This document shows, piece after piece, positions 39,803 through 53,080 of a DNA stretch of 64,000 nt. A model generated the notes under the pieces. It was not told where the DNA came from, searched no databases, and saw only the letters and a list, made by a program, of their open reading frames with translations. Each line of letters starts with the position of its first letter. The first letter of the stretch is position 1. The translations under genes were made by a program, and so were the position numbers. The stretch lies in NCBI GenBank assembly GCA_964016885.1, contig OZ024743.1:90830001-90894000 (forward strand). Direction: 5' to 3'. Source of the stretch: Eledone cirrhosa. Its lineage: Eukaryota.

Positions 39803-40598
39803 CAATAATAATAATAATAATAATAACGATGATTTCTTTATTAGCCACACAGGGCGCACATTAAGGAAATATTAAATATGATACAGGACGATACAGTGTG
39901 GGTTTTTCTTTGTTTAAAATAAAATTTATAAAAGAGACTAAGAAAATAAACATTTAAAACAAACATAACTTCCCTAAAGTTGAGGAGACTCTAAGGGTCA
40001 TTCGTGTAGATATCCCACAAAAATCCCACGGTCACCGAGGCTTTCTAATCCAATCTACAGGCGTATGCTCAAGGCAAGCCATTCACACTCACCCACCTTT
40101 CACAAACTGGTTGAAAGGCAACACTTCCTTTTTCCTCTTGAAGTGAAATCTGAAAAAGTTAATTAGGGCTTCGCCAAAGAGGAAGATGGCTGTCTTCAAC
40201 CCTTTCAAACGCGTCCACTACACGACTTCTTTCACCATGGCCACCAGGCAGATAAAAACTGCCTCTCCTTCCCCTCTAAAGGAGGACGGTGGGGCGATCT
40301 TCACGATGGACTCAGTTGATAGTAGGATTCGTCCTACACGTGCTCGACATAAACCCACAGGTCAGCAATACCCGGACACTCGACGAGTGCGTGCAGAACG
40401 GTTTCTTCGCCCTGTGCACACCTCGGACAGGCCCGGTTGACGGCACTTCCATGCCTGTAGAGTTTATCCCGAACTGGCAAAGCTCCTCGGTAGCACTGCA
40501 AGGCCAGGGATTTCTGGAAGTTTTCCATGGGCCCTGGGCCCAAAGTTCTCCCGAAGAGATTGGCTAGTTGATTTTCATCGACGTCCAAAGACGTCGTC
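39803..40598 (-). mobile_element. 5'-truncated Tx1 3' fragment in tandem with the full-length copy
   Basis: ALPVRDKLYRHGSAVNRACPRCAQGEETVLHALVEC; same type of 3' end with an (ATT)n tail. Confidence 0.88.
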
Positions 40599-40602
40599 GC
40601 TC

Positions 40603-40715
<113 letters not shown>

Positions 40716-40896
40716 GTGAGAAAAACCACAAACCCCCCCATCCCAATTCTTCTTTTAAAAAGTATAAGAACTATGAAACCGGTAAAGGAAACAAATAAAT
40801 ATTCTTACAAAGACTCCAGTTGCATTTTCGATTTCTTTTCCTTATATTTTCGCTCGTGTAGGACATCTCGTTTTTTATTTAAAAAAACCCTCATTT

Positions 40897-40961
<65 letters not shown>

Positions 40962-40962
<1 letters not shown>

Positions 40963-41466
40963 GAGTGGGCTTCAAAAAGCTCGTGGAAAAAGAACAGTTG
41001 GAAAAAACGGTTTAAGTTATGATGTTTATTTTTCAACGTATGCTCCATCTAGGCCAATACACTTCTGCAAGCATTGATACCAGCTTTAAGTTCATCTGTG
41101 TAAAACTGAGGGCCATGCAATTTAAACTATGTCAGAGCAGCTTTTTTTTACATCTTCAATTAGGGATCATCTTCAACTTCATCTCTTCCACTTCTAAAAT
41201 GACATCCATTTGTATGTTGTTGATTTTTTGTGGGGCATTGCCCCAATAAACTTGCTCCAGAGCGTCAATGGTTTGGCTGCTCTTCCACCCTAGCTTCACC
41301 ATGAATTTAATGTTTTGATGGAGGCCATGCTGCTCGAGCGTTTAAGGGTTCATGTTAGAACAATTTATGGCACATTAGTACGAGAAATACAGGTGCATTG
41401 AGATCAAAATCCCTGCACATGATTTTTAGCTATGTAATTTTTCCACGAATTTTTGAAGCCCCCTCG
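40962..41466 (-). mobile_element. Internally deleted mariner (irritans/Hsmar2-like)
   Basis: TIRs cgagtgggcttcaaaaagctcgtggaaaaa / tttttccacgaatttttgaagccccctcg inside (TA)n. Remnant peptide NIKFMVKLGWKSSQTIDALEQVY. Confidence 0.85.
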
Positions 41467-41524
41467 TATATATATATATATATATATATTATCAGACAGA
41501 AAGATAGAAAGATTAAATACATAC

Positions 41525-41719
41525 AAGGTCCAGTAATAATAGAAGTTTCAAAACAACAGCGTCCAAGAGTATTTGACCAGTGACAGTGCATTGTTAGTGC
41601 TTTTGTATCCTCCAGAGTTAAATTTACTTCGCTACTCTTAAGGTTGTTTGACAGATATGGTTCAATCTGGAGTTTATCTATAATTTCCTTTTGTTGATCT
41701 GTCACATCACCAGCTTTGG
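41525..41719 (-). CDS. Gene A exon 2
   Basis: Long pyrimidine tract, ttttcag|CC ... CCT T|gtatgt, 195 nt, phase 1-1. Encodes ...MHCHWSNTLGRCCFETSIITGP, matching gene B exon 2 (CSWRKNIGDCC). Confidence 0.82.
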
Positions 41720-42907
41720 CTGAAAATAAAGTAAAAAGAAAAAAATAAAGAAGAAAATATGAAAGTAAGGGGAAGGTTGGCGAACAGTATATATTTGTCT
41801 ATGCGGTATATCTCAGCTGCGCTCCGCGGACAAAATGGCGGGGAAGGGTACCGGACAATATATATTTGTCAAGATGGTATATCTCAGCTGCATAGACAAA
41901 ATGGCGAAAGCATTTCCATGGAGAAGAGCCAGCGGCATTCGCTGCATTAGCCATTCCACATCACAGGGTTACTTTCTCAGGCAGAATACACTCCTCGTGA
42001 TTTTGCAAAGGAGCAATGACATCGGAAGTCTCGATGGCGACTGGCAAGAAAATTGAAATATGGTGCATCGTTTTGTGCCTTTATTTGGCTCTTCGTTCTT
42101 AGTAACCACACGGCCTTGTCCCTGTCAATTCATATTTATGTATTGTTGTGACCTCCGTTTTATCATCTCTTCTCGCTTGTTGTTGTTATTCCGGTCAGAC
42201 TTACGTCTTACCATTTTTTGGATTAACTCTTTTCCCTCCCTCTTTCTTTCTCTCCCCTTTCTCTCTCTCTCACTTACTCTTTCCATCTCTCTTTCTCACC
42301 CTCTCTCTCTCTGCGCCCTTACTACTTCCGTTTCCTTCTCTCTTTACGCCCGTTCTTACTGAGAACAGACGTGTCTCTCTTAGCTCTCTCGCTGTTAATA
42401 AGGTCTCTGGGGTTAAACCCAGTTGCCTTTATTAACTTCGTTCTCTCTCCGCTTAGTTACTCTACATACATATACCACTGATGTGTATCTCCCCCTCTCT
42501 ATCGATATGTTTTTTCTCTTTTCTTTCTTTTCTTTCTTTCTCTCTCTCTCTCTCTCCCACTCTCTCTCTTCGCTATCGTCTCTTTTTCATCTTTTCTTTC
42601 CCTAATAACTTTCTAAGTTATTATCGCACTGCAGATAGATGTATTGTCTTTAATGCGCCGAAACATCTGAGACCCACAGCAGACAACTTATGAGGGGAAA
42701 TGACTATCTCTATGTTTGTACTTCCTTTACTTTCAAAATGCTCGTTACTCCCCTTTGTTTTTGCCAAGAATAAGTGACAGCCACTACTTTAAAACTAATA
42801 GCGAATGGTCTTCAAAACGTTTTTAATTAAACATACAGTATATTATCAAATATACTATACATACATTCTTATATACATCGCTATTTCAGAGCACCAATGC
42901 TAATACC

Positions 42908-42961
<54 letters not shown>

Positions 42962-42962
42962 T

Positions 42963-43091
<129 letters not shown>

Positions 43092-43130
43092 AGTATGTTT
43101 TGAAACAGTGAGCAGGTTTGAAATTAGAAA

Positions 43131-43472
43131 ATAGAATAGCTTTCACCGTATTTTTGACTAAAGAAATTTTAGCCTGATAATGGGGTTTAGAACCCTCAGA
43201 TAAGTGGAAAAAGATGAGTATTGACGTACATGGGAGTCGAACCCACATCTTTGGTTATCCAGACCACTCGCTAAGAATGTAGCTTCTAATTTGAATGGAA
43301 GGAGATGGGTGATGTGTTGGTGTAATGGTAGCACAGTGGTCTGGAAAACCAAAGATGTCGGTTCGACTCCCATGTACGTCAATACTCATCTTTTCCCATT
43401 TATCTGAGGGTTCTAAACCCCATTATCAGGCTAAAATTTCTTTAGTAAAAAATACGGTGAAAGCTATTCTAT
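43131..43472. repeat. Fold-back element (arms about 138 bp) containing a tRNA-like head
   Basis: 43131-43268 is the reverse complement of 43335-43472 with several mismatches; (TA)n on both sides. Confidence 0.85.
43311..43381 (+). pseudogene. tRNA-like sequence (anticodon position GGA, short variable loop); SINE head or tRNA pseudogene
   Basis: Cloverleaf: GATGTGT/GTACGTC acceptor stem, GTGT-AATGGTA-GCAC D arm, TGGT-CTGGAAA-ACCA anticodon arm, GGTTCGACTCC T loop. Confidence 0.6.
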
Positions 43473-43547
43473 ATATATATATATGTGTATATATATATAT
43501 ATATGTATATATATATGTATATATATATATATATGTATATATATATG

Positions 43548-43585
<38 letters not shown>

Positions 43586-43661
43586 TGTATATATATGTAT
43601 ATATATATATATGTGTGTATATATATATGTATATATATATATATGTGTGTATATATATATG

Positions 43662-43693
<32 letters not shown>

Positions 43694-43787
43694 TATATGA
43701 TTATATATATATGTGTATATATATATATATGTATATGTATATATATATATATGTATATATGTATATATATGTATATATATATATATC

Positions 43788-43821
<34 letters not shown>

Positions 43822-43897
43822 TGTATGTATATATATATATATATATATATGTGTGTATATATATATGTATATATATATATATGTGTGTGTATATATG
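43473..43897. repeat. (TA)n/(TATG)n microsatellite
   Basis: Seen directly. Confidence 0.95.
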
Positions 43898-44022
43898 TAG
43901 GAGATGAGTTTTATTGTAGTACAATAAAGCAATGCAGATATCGGATAAGTAGCACTCTACAGTTTGTAGGACTGGAGTATAAATAATATATAAGATCAAA
44001 AGATGGTTAAAAGAGTTCCATG

Positions 44023-44093
44023 TATTTTATTATGCGCATTTCAAAAACAAATATTATCATGCAATAACATTTCCGTTTTCGTCAGATAAAATA
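44023..44093 (-). ncRNA. Type I hammerhead ribozyme
   Basis: tattttat-CTGACGA-aaac..aaatgttatt/gataatattt..gttt-t-GAAA-tgcgca-TA-ataaaata; perfect 8-bp stem I and palindromic stem III. Confidence 0.88.
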
Positions 44094-44171
44094 GGGAGAC
44101 ATGATATGAAGGTTAAAACACACTTGTGAATAGTGCAGTTTTAAATCAACATATATATATGTGTATATATA

Positions 44172-44223
<52 letters not shown>

Positions 44224-44256
44224 TATGTATGTACATACATACATATATATATGTAT

Positions 44257-44297
<41 letters not shown>

Positions 44298-44328
44298 CGT
44301 GCGTGTGTATATATATATCTGTGTGTGT

Positions 44329-44402
<74 letters not shown>

Positions 44403-44630
44403 ATGGCGAACGAAAACACTTCAGCTCAGACTATCCTCGCATTTTCAAAACCGCGACTTCTAGGTGTGTTCAAGTATATATATATATATATATATTCGAA
44501 TGTGGCTGACGGTTGACAGAAAGGAGTACTCAATACTGTAGTACAGTTTTAATATTAATTTATATTAAGGCTAAAAGTGAGTCATATTACTCTGCAATTT
44601 CACAGACTCACTTTTTAGCCTTAATATAAA

Positions 44631-44664
<34 letters not shown>

Positions 44665-44666
<2 letters not shown>

Positions 44667-44932
44667 AATTGGTGCTCTGAAATAGTTATATATATATGAA
44701 TGTATATATAGTGTATTTTGCAATACTCTGTATGCTTAATTAAAAGCATTTCGAAGACCTTATGCTATTGTTTTAGAGTAGTGACAGACTCACTTACGTG
44801 TAAGTGAGTCTGTCACTACTCTAAAACAATAGCATAAGGTCTTCGAAATGCTTTTAATTAAGCATACAGAGTATTGCAAAATACACTATATATACATTCA
44901 TATATATATAACTATTTCAGAGCACCAATTCT
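44665..44932. repeat. Palindrome with 133-bp arms, a diverged relative of the 310-bp unit
   Basis: Centre cacttac-gt-gtaagtg. Shares gctctgaaatag...gaagacct and the downstream gaccggcaaccgctct with the array. Confidence 0.9.
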
Positions 44933-45118
44933 AATTTTCAATTTCTGATTGACCGGCAACCGCTCTGTATAATCAGTTCCTGATTATTTAGGAACTGGAA
45001 CATATGATTCCAGTTCCTCAGTGAAATAACAACCCAACCAGGAACTGGGCATATCAGAGTATTGACAAAATTATACACCTCAACAACATATGTACTTGTC
45101 TATACCACACTAATTCGG

Positions 45119-45173
45119 ACTGCCTGAAGAGGTCACAGCCAAAGATGGCTGTCACCGAAATATATATAGCAGT
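45119..45173 (+). ncRNA. Type I hammerhead ribozyme
   Basis: actgc-CTGAAGA-ggt-c-acagcca/tggctgt-c-acc-GAAA-tatata-TA-gcagt. Confidence 0.88.
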
Positions 45174-45316
45174 AATAAACGAAGGTAAATTTGAAACATT
45201 TGACTTTTTATTTTACTTTATTTTACATTACTCCGGAGTAACCAAACCAACCTGCGCACTTCGTCGAGTGCTCCAGCCTGCATTCTGAGGTGTTGGTATA
45301 CAACCAACATATACTC

Positions 45317-45391
<75 letters not shown>

Positions 45392-45993
45392 CTCTCTCTA
45401 TATATATATATACATTTAAAGTATATGATAAACACGAAATGTGTTTACATTGCAACAGACAAAGTTAGCTATTAATGAAATAAACTAATAAAAGTGAATA
45501 CAATTTGTCTGTCTCGATACAAGTCAATAAAGACAAGGTTATATTGGCAACTGCCATGATTCCTGGACATATTTAAATTTCAAAATTCAAACCTGTTCTG
45601 TAGACGAATTTGAACCTCGAAACCCAAATAAGTTTCGTAACGGTGGAATGTGAATTGAAAAATAAAGAGAATCGAAATGGAATAGAAATAAAAGAGTGAA
45701 ATATCCAAATCATCTGTGCATATCAACAGGAATCCAGTAAGATTAGTCTATCACACATCAAAAATTTTGCAGGACTGACTACACGTGGGTAGGCAGGCCA
45801 AAACTAGCTATCCCACATTCACGGTGCTAGAAATAACAGCCGCTTATGCAGGATTAAGGATCAGCTCTTACAATAAAGGAGCTATACATTATATTATATT
45901 TTGAGAATAAACTCTCAGTCGTTTACAATAATTAAGCTCCAGGAAGGGGCTCTTCCGAGCAGTTAAATACATTTAAAGTATATATTAAACACG

Positions 45994-46057
<64 letters not shown>

Positions 46058-46207
46058 TGTATATTCATTTATATATTCATATAAATGAATATATATATAT
46101 ATCTGAGTCCAGAATTAGCCGTCGAAACGGCTTGAGCTCAGCCGTCGGGGTCCTACTCGTTCCTATATATATAAATATAAATATTCACTTATATATTTAT
46201 ATATAAT

Positions 46208-46503
46208 GGAGGCACATGGCTTAGTGGTTAGAGCATTGACCTTGCAATCGAAAGGTTGTGAGTTCAATTCTCAGACCGTGTTATTTCACATTGATCCAGT
46301 TTACTCCGCTGTAGAAATGAGATGATAGGGACTGGGGTCCACTGCAAAGTGGTCGTGGAGGTGCCACGGGAAAAAAGCACCCAGCACTCACTGTAAATGA
46401 GGTTGGTGTTAGGAAGGCATCCAGCTGTAGAAATCAAGCCAGAATCAGTTCCCGTCCCCCTTTGCAAGCAGGGAGAAGCGGGCGTAGAATGATGATGATG
46501 ATG
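46208..46503 (+). mobile_element. tRNA-derived SINE with an (ATG)n tail (second family)
   Basis: A box TGGCTTAGTGG, B box GAGTTCAATTC, 3' (ATG)n. Confidence 0.8.
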
Positions 46504-46539
<36 letters not shown>

Positions 46540-47060
46540 TTATATATTCATATATATATATATATATATATAGTTGTAGTTCCTGTCTGTTTGTTTGTTT
46601 GTTCACGAACTTCTCCTATGGATTGAAAGATAGACCCCCATAACCATATATATTCTGAAACTACATTGCCCAGGGTACTTGGATAAGTATATTTTATATT
46701 AATCAAAGCGTTCCCGGGGGGCACAAACCCCCGCTGAAAATGTTTTCCTTTCGATTTATATGAAATTTAAACCATAGGTAAATGACAAGATATGATGCCT
46801 ATTCACAAAATTTCAGCAAGTTTAAATAATATTAAGACACCCTAATGGCGGTTAAATCCCCTATAGTGAACATTTTGGAAGCCCTTAACTTGAGTATTGG
46901 AACCTCTATTATCACGGGGGTTTTCTATTAATTAAACCTAAATCAACAAAAAAAGCACCTCACTTTTATAGTAAAATTTGGCTAATTTAGGCATTTTATC
47001 TTGTTTGATGGCGTAGGACAGAACAAAGGAGAGGCACAAAAACAAAGAAAAGAATCCCCA

Positions 47061-47103
47061 GTCACTGAAGAGGTCACAGAATGTGTGACGAAAGAACTTT
47101 GAC
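47061..47103 (+). ncRNA. Minimal hammerhead, copy of 3835-3877
   Basis: Same motif within the repeated element. Confidence 0.7.
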
Positions 47104-47385
47104 AATATATAAACAACCATCTGGTTGTGGAACCAACCAACCAACCAACCGGAAATTTATAAATACCTAAATTTATAAATTTATTATAATAAATTGAAGT
47201 GAAACAACTGGTGCGTGTGTTTCTTATTGGCAACATGACCCTCCCAAAGTATAACAATATCGGTTTCAACACACGTTTTCAGATAAAGAATCTTGCTAAA
47301 CAAATTCAGAAACGAAATATATATATATATATATCATCAAAGTTGTGGCTATGTATATGTTATTTAGAAATAAAGCATCATTTAC

Positions 47386-47476
47386 CTTCAGTTGAGTGAA
47401 ACTTCATATTCACAACAGCACATCTTCCCAGATAGAACATTAAAGTCAGGTAAAAGATTGCATCCATCATCTTCAT
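47386..47476 (-). CDS. Gene A exon 1 (signal-peptide-like)
   Basis: MKMMDAIFYLTLMFYLGRCAVVNMKFHSTE G|gtaaat, 91 nt. Same length and phase as the paralog at 56362-56452. Confidence 0.82.
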
Positions 47477-47601
47477 CTTGTTATTTCTCAAAACTGGACA
47501 GAGGTTCGCTTGCTAGTAAGAAAAGAATCTTGACAAAATGTTGATGGCTAGGATGTTGATGACTAGGATGTTGATGGCTAGGATGTTTATGAAGTACTCG
47601 A

Positions 47602-47631
47602 TATTTATAACATCTATCTACTTCCGTTTAT
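47602..47631 (-). promoter_or_regulatory. Candidate core promoter of gene A (ATAAACGGAA motif and TATAAATA)
   Basis: Both motifs and their spacing are conserved upstream of gene B. Confidence 0.55.
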
Positions 47632-47856
47632 ATCATTGAAAACAAAGCTTTATAATCAAAAACAACTAGAGCTAGAGAAAGAAACATAATATATTAGTTG
47701 TTTTTTTAAAGTTTTTAAAGTTATTTCCGAAAATACTTACTACTTCAACGCTTAAAAGCATATTAAGGATACTGAAAAATATTCAGAGTAAAATGTATTC
47801 TTTTTTATCGTTTCTTTTTTTTCCGATTTGTGAATCATATTGCTTTATATTAATAA

Positions 47857-48185
47857 CTAGCTAGCCCATGCCGTCAAAAATGACGGCTAATTGTAATATC
47901 TATACATAATATAAAAAAGAGATGTTTGTTTGTTTGTTAGTTGGTTGGTACCTTCATACGCAAGTAATACAAACACACAGTTGTGACGAATCTTAGAACG
48001 TTGGACTTCTATAGTTTAACCCCCCCTTCCTCATTCATCAAATAGATGTGTGTGTATTAGACCCCCCGTACTTCCTCAGTTGACGTAATCACGCCTTCCT
48101 TCCTCAATCGACATAATCACTCATTCCTTCCTCAGTCATCTCTAGTGTGCGACGGACAAATACACAAGGCTATTATATTAGTAGA
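47857..48185 (-). mobile_element. Short non-autonomous Helitron-like element
   Basis: Minus strand 5' A|TCTACTAATATAAT; 3' hairpin gccgtca/tgacggc followed by CTAG|T. Confidence 0.55.
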
Positions 48186-48186
48186 T

Positions 48187-48622
48187 TGTTTCTACTTTTG
48201 ACAATAGGCCAGCAATTTGAAGGGAATGGGAATGTCGATTAATTCGACACCATTACAGGCACCTTTACTCCATTACAGGTACTTTATTTCATCGACATCT
48301 TAATGATAAAAGGCAAAGCTAACCTCAGAACGCAAAGAGGGCCGTAACTAAGTGCTGCTAAGCATGTTTCCCGACGCTCTAGCGATTCTGTCAATAATGA
48401 TAATAATGATTCTACTATAGGCATAAGGCCAGCAATTTTGAGGGAGGGGAAAGTCGATTAAATCGACCCCAGTACTTACTGTTACTTTATTTTATCGACC
48501 CCGTAAGGATGAAAGGCAAAGCTAACCTCGGCTGTCTTTGAACTCAGAACGTAAAGGGCCGTAACTCTATGACGCGAAGCATGTTTTCCGGCGCTCTACC
48601 GATACTGCCAACCCCCCTCCCA
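48187..48622 (-). mobile_element. Two head-to-tail tRNA SINEs
   Basis: Family of 1678-2098, joined through (ATT)n. Confidence 0.8.
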
Positions 48623-48960
48623 CAATAATAATTGATAATAATAATAATTTCTTTATTAGCCACACAGAGCTCACATTAAAGAAAGATTAATGACAGTAGG
48701 GGACGATATAGTGTGGGGTTTTGTGTAAAATAAATTTATAACAGAAACTAATAATAATAATAAGTATAACAGTAATAATAATGTTATTATTAAGCACAAA
48801 AGGCACACTAAGGACGGTACGATACGATAGTGTGGTTTTCTGTAAACATGTAAAAAATGGAAATAGCGATAACAAAAACAAAATTAGTAAGAATAAAATG
48901 AAACAAATGAAATTCCCCAAATAAGGGAAGACTTCCTAGTAGTATTTCCACTGACCACAT
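48623..48960 (-). mobile_element. Tx1 3' UTR fragment
   Basis: tttctttattagccacacag...gtgtggggtttt matches 39833-39907. Confidence 0.7.
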
Positions 48961-50029
48961 TACCCAGACCTGCCAACCTCTAAAAACCTAAACGGGGAGC
49001 ACCACGAAAAAAAGTGCCTCAAAACGGAAAGAAATGAGGCAAAATGGGAAGATTTTACATAATGAAAGCTATACCCATTTTCACAAGAGAAGACATTTCT
49101 CACCCATCCCAAAGTGGGTGGGAGATCTCCCCGTCCGACGGGGAGAGTTGATAGGTCTGCATTACCCGACTTGCTTATAATAGTGAGAGATGGAGAGACG
49201 GAGGCAGTAAACATATCAGCAATGCTGAAGTACTTTTTAAATTTTGTTTCTTGTCCCAGTTACCAAGCGCTCCCTCTCGGTCCTCGCTTAACCCAAGATC
49301 AACTCTGAGTTGTCGGGTCCAGAAAGATGGTCCATCCCGTGAGATCCAAACCTTTCCGAAACACCGCAACGTCGTCTCCGTCTCCTGATCCTAATTGACT
49401 TGGAGATACATCTCGTTGCTGCAAAGGGACGTGTCTGTGAAATCTTTGTTTCAATGATGGCCACCACATTTATTATTTATTTATTTAATCAATTTAAACG
49501 TCCGTATAGAACTAGTAAGCAATGACTGTCTAGGGGAAATATCGAATACTCCTTCCAATTGGTAATGAAAAATAGCTTGTGAGACTAATAATAAAATAAT
49601 AAAAAAGGAAAAAAAAAACAGAAAAGAAAAATTTCAAATATATATATTTAGGGATCTGGTGTCGTTCAACAGTAGGTAGCTTTGCTTTCAATGCCACCCC
49701 AGGTCACGTGTATTTTAAGGACCTTGTGTCGTTCAACAGTAAGTAGCTTTGCTTTCAATGCCACTCCAGGTCACGTGTATCCGTTATGCTTATTCTGAGT
49801 ACGGCCATGTTGGGTAAAGAGGAGGGAAGTGAGAAGGGCTACATATTCTTGTGGAATGACGACTGATTCGTCCTTCCGGCTAAATGTGGGTCTTCAACGA
49901 GCAAATCTCTATATATTCTTTTAGAGATCTTTCCACGGATGTCACCGACTCCATCGGGGAAATTTATATTAAGTTCTGTGCAAATGACGTGTGTAGTTTA
50001 GATAATTTTTATGCGTGCAGGTAGATAAT

Positions 50030-50570
50030 TGTTGGTGTGATGATAATGTGGTGGTGGTGGTAGTGTTGATGGTGGTAGTAGTGGTGGTGGTGGTGGCGAT
50101 GATGATGGTGGTAGTGAGGATGATGGTGGTGGTAGTGTTGATGATGATGGTAATGGTGATGCTGGTGATGGTGATGAAGATGGTGGTGGTGGTAGTGATG
50201 ATGGTAGTGGTAGTGGTGATGATGATGGTGGTGATGATGATGATGGTGGTGATGATGATGATGATGATGGTGGTGATGATGGTGGTAGTGAGAATGATAG
50301 CGGTGGTGATGGTGGTGATGATGGTGCTGGTGGTGGTAATAGTAGTGAGGGTGGTAGTAGTGATGATGATGGTGGTGGTGGTAGTAGTAGTAGTGATGGT
50401 GGTGGTGGTAGTAGTGATGGCAGTGATAGTTGTGATGGTGGTGATGATGATAGCGGCGGTAGTGGTGGCGGTGGTGGTGATGGTGGTGTTAGTTGTGTTG
50501 GTGATGATAGTGGTAATGGTGATAATGATGGAGGTGGTGGTGATGTTGAAGTTGGTGTTGGTATTGTTGT
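50030..50570. repeat. (GGT/GAT/AGT)n trinucleotide mosaic
   Basis: Seen directly. Confidence 0.95.
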
Positions 50571-50821
50571 TTGCTGTGTGGCTTTTAATATTCTCCTCTC
50601 CACTTTCTGTATGGATAGAGTTTGTTCGTTTTTCCTTTTTTTACTTTCTACCCCCTCCCTCCCCACCTCTTTTCTTGTTTGGGAAATAATTTGCCTCTCT
50701 CCATTTTCGTTTCCTTCGACATACGACGTGTCCGAGTGATCGGAATTAAGGAGTCGCATGTCGTGAAGTTTGGTGTTGTGGTTAGGACGCGGGGAGGGGG
50801 TGATTCTATTGCTCTTATGCA

Positions 50822-50882
<61 letters not shown>

Positions 50883-51479
50883 GAGTTGATTAATTAGTAC
50901 TGTGTATCTCACCACATATAAGCTGGTGAATTGGCAGAACTGTTAGAATGTCTGATAGAATGCTTTATGGTATTCGTTCCGGTTCTCTGTTCTCTTAGTT
51001 CAAATCCTACCGAGGGCAATTTTCATTCATAAGAGGTCGATAAAAAAAGTATCAGTCTAATACTGGGGTTGATTCTTCCTCTATGTCTCTTTCTCATTTA
51101 CTCTCTCTTACTTTCTATCTTTCTCTGGAAGAAATCTGCTGTACTCAGGCCTGGAGAGGGGTGAGCTCTATCAGTCTTTAACAAATGCCCAAGAAACGGC
51201 GTGTGCCCTTACGACTCTATCGGGAGTTACGGGACCATAAATACATACATACATGTCACCACGTAAATTACGTTGGGGATATGAGAAAATTCAATGCCCT
51301 GGAAAGTTAAATGGGACAATCTGACTTAGCAATCCTTGACTTGAAGTTTCCTAAAGGTATCCTTCAAACATCAAGAACTTCAATTCAAATATCTACATTT
51401 TATGATTATTTCTGGTTAGCCTCATCACCAGGGTTAGGAATATTAAATACTTCGACTTATATTAAATAAATACCATAGT

Positions 51480-51825
51480 GCCTTGCCCTAGGACCACTTC
51501 CCTTCTCACCACAATCGCTACCCCGTAGCAGTGGAGATTTCTGGTGTCCTTGGCCCTAGGACCATCTCCCTACTCACCACAATCGGTACAGAGTTGGCTA
51601 CCAGCAGGCGGGAGCCTCGCGAGCTGGAATGGCTCTTCCAACACGTCTCCCTCACCATCCTCCTGGAAAACGACTTCTCTATTCTGTCCATCGGGCTATG
51701 GGGTGGTCAGTGCGTGGGCCCCCATTTGCTTATAATAATGAGAGCTTAGCGGGACGAGAGTGGCGGAGGTAGTGACCATACCATCATTGCTGAAGTATTT
51801 TGTAAACCTTGTTTCTTGTCTTCAT
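51480..51825 (+). mobile_element. CRE-clade-like non-LTR retrotransposon 3' fragment
   Basis: AVEISGVLGPRTISLL..IG..EPRELEWLFQHVSLTILLENDFSIL resembles the CRE endonuclease C-terminus. Its 3' UTR also matches about 49170-49256. Confidence 0.6.
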
Positions 51826-51972
51826 ACACCTTATAACTATCATAGTTCAGGATGTATGGATCATACTACAAGAAAACTTTTTTAATAAACCCTTTTAAAA
51901 CATCTCAACGAATTATCCTGAACTTGGTATTCTTGTTTCCCCTTTAGCAAACACTTAATAGAAATTAGTCTT

Positions 51973-52113
<141 letters not shown>

Positions 52114-52365
52114 CGTTTAAATTTGGTGGTTTACCACTGGTCATTCTGCAGTGTTAATCTTGACGTAATAGGAGAAAAGCACTCGAAGTTATGCAACGCA
52201 TCCATCTTTAAATTTGAATCATGTTGGTAGTGTGGGAACGGAGTAAATGTATTATAAAGTGAAATGACAGGAGGCCAAGTATGTTTAATTTCCTTAGTTT
52301 TTTATTACTGTAATAAAAAAATTAACGAAATTCAACATATTTGGCCTCCTGTCATTTCTCTTTAC

Positions 52366-52561
<196 letters not shown>

Positions 52562-52693
52562 TGCGGTGCTGAGACCGAGGAGACCACTAATCATGTGAGC
52601 ACTCGATACATGGGGAGATGTAGAGTGGGGATAGAGATATGTTAAATCCCGATACACAAGCCAAAACCGCTTGGCGCCGCGGTTGGGATTTTA

Positions 52694-52747
<54 letters not shown>

Positions 52748-52974
52748 CGGGGTAACAAATAATAGTTAAATGCAGTCCACTTAGGTGAAGTCCAGTTATG
52801 GTATTCCAGGTAGTGGATGATATTAACGCTTGGCTTGGTTTGACTCAACAAGGCGTTTTCATAGTGATGCTGCGGGTATGCCGTAATTCCTATGTTGTAA
52901 ACACTTGGAGTAATAATAGATCAGGAAAGAAGGTTGACATGGTTTGCTATACAAAAAAGGTTTTTAATCTCATA

Positions 52975-53080
52975 GCTGACATTTGTTTCTCTGAACTGGT
53001 AGGTCTAGAGATCGTTATTCGCTTGTTTTCGCGTTACTCGATCGCCAATACAAAATTATAACCAGTCAGATCTTCGGAGC
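52975..53080 (-). ncRNA. Hammerhead with a core mutation (CCGAAGA), homolog of 6252-6359
   Basis: gct-CCGAAGA-tctgactggt..accagttcaga-GAAA-caaatg-TC-agc. Confidence 0.6.

Noticed and set aside
43311-43381. Functional tRNA-Ser(GGA) gene
   Set aside because: It has no long variable arm, several weak pairs, and sits inside a fold-back repeat.
49998-50915. Pro/Ser-rich 305-aa ORF
   Set aside because: It arises from a trinucleotide repeat mosaic, with no splice or domain support.
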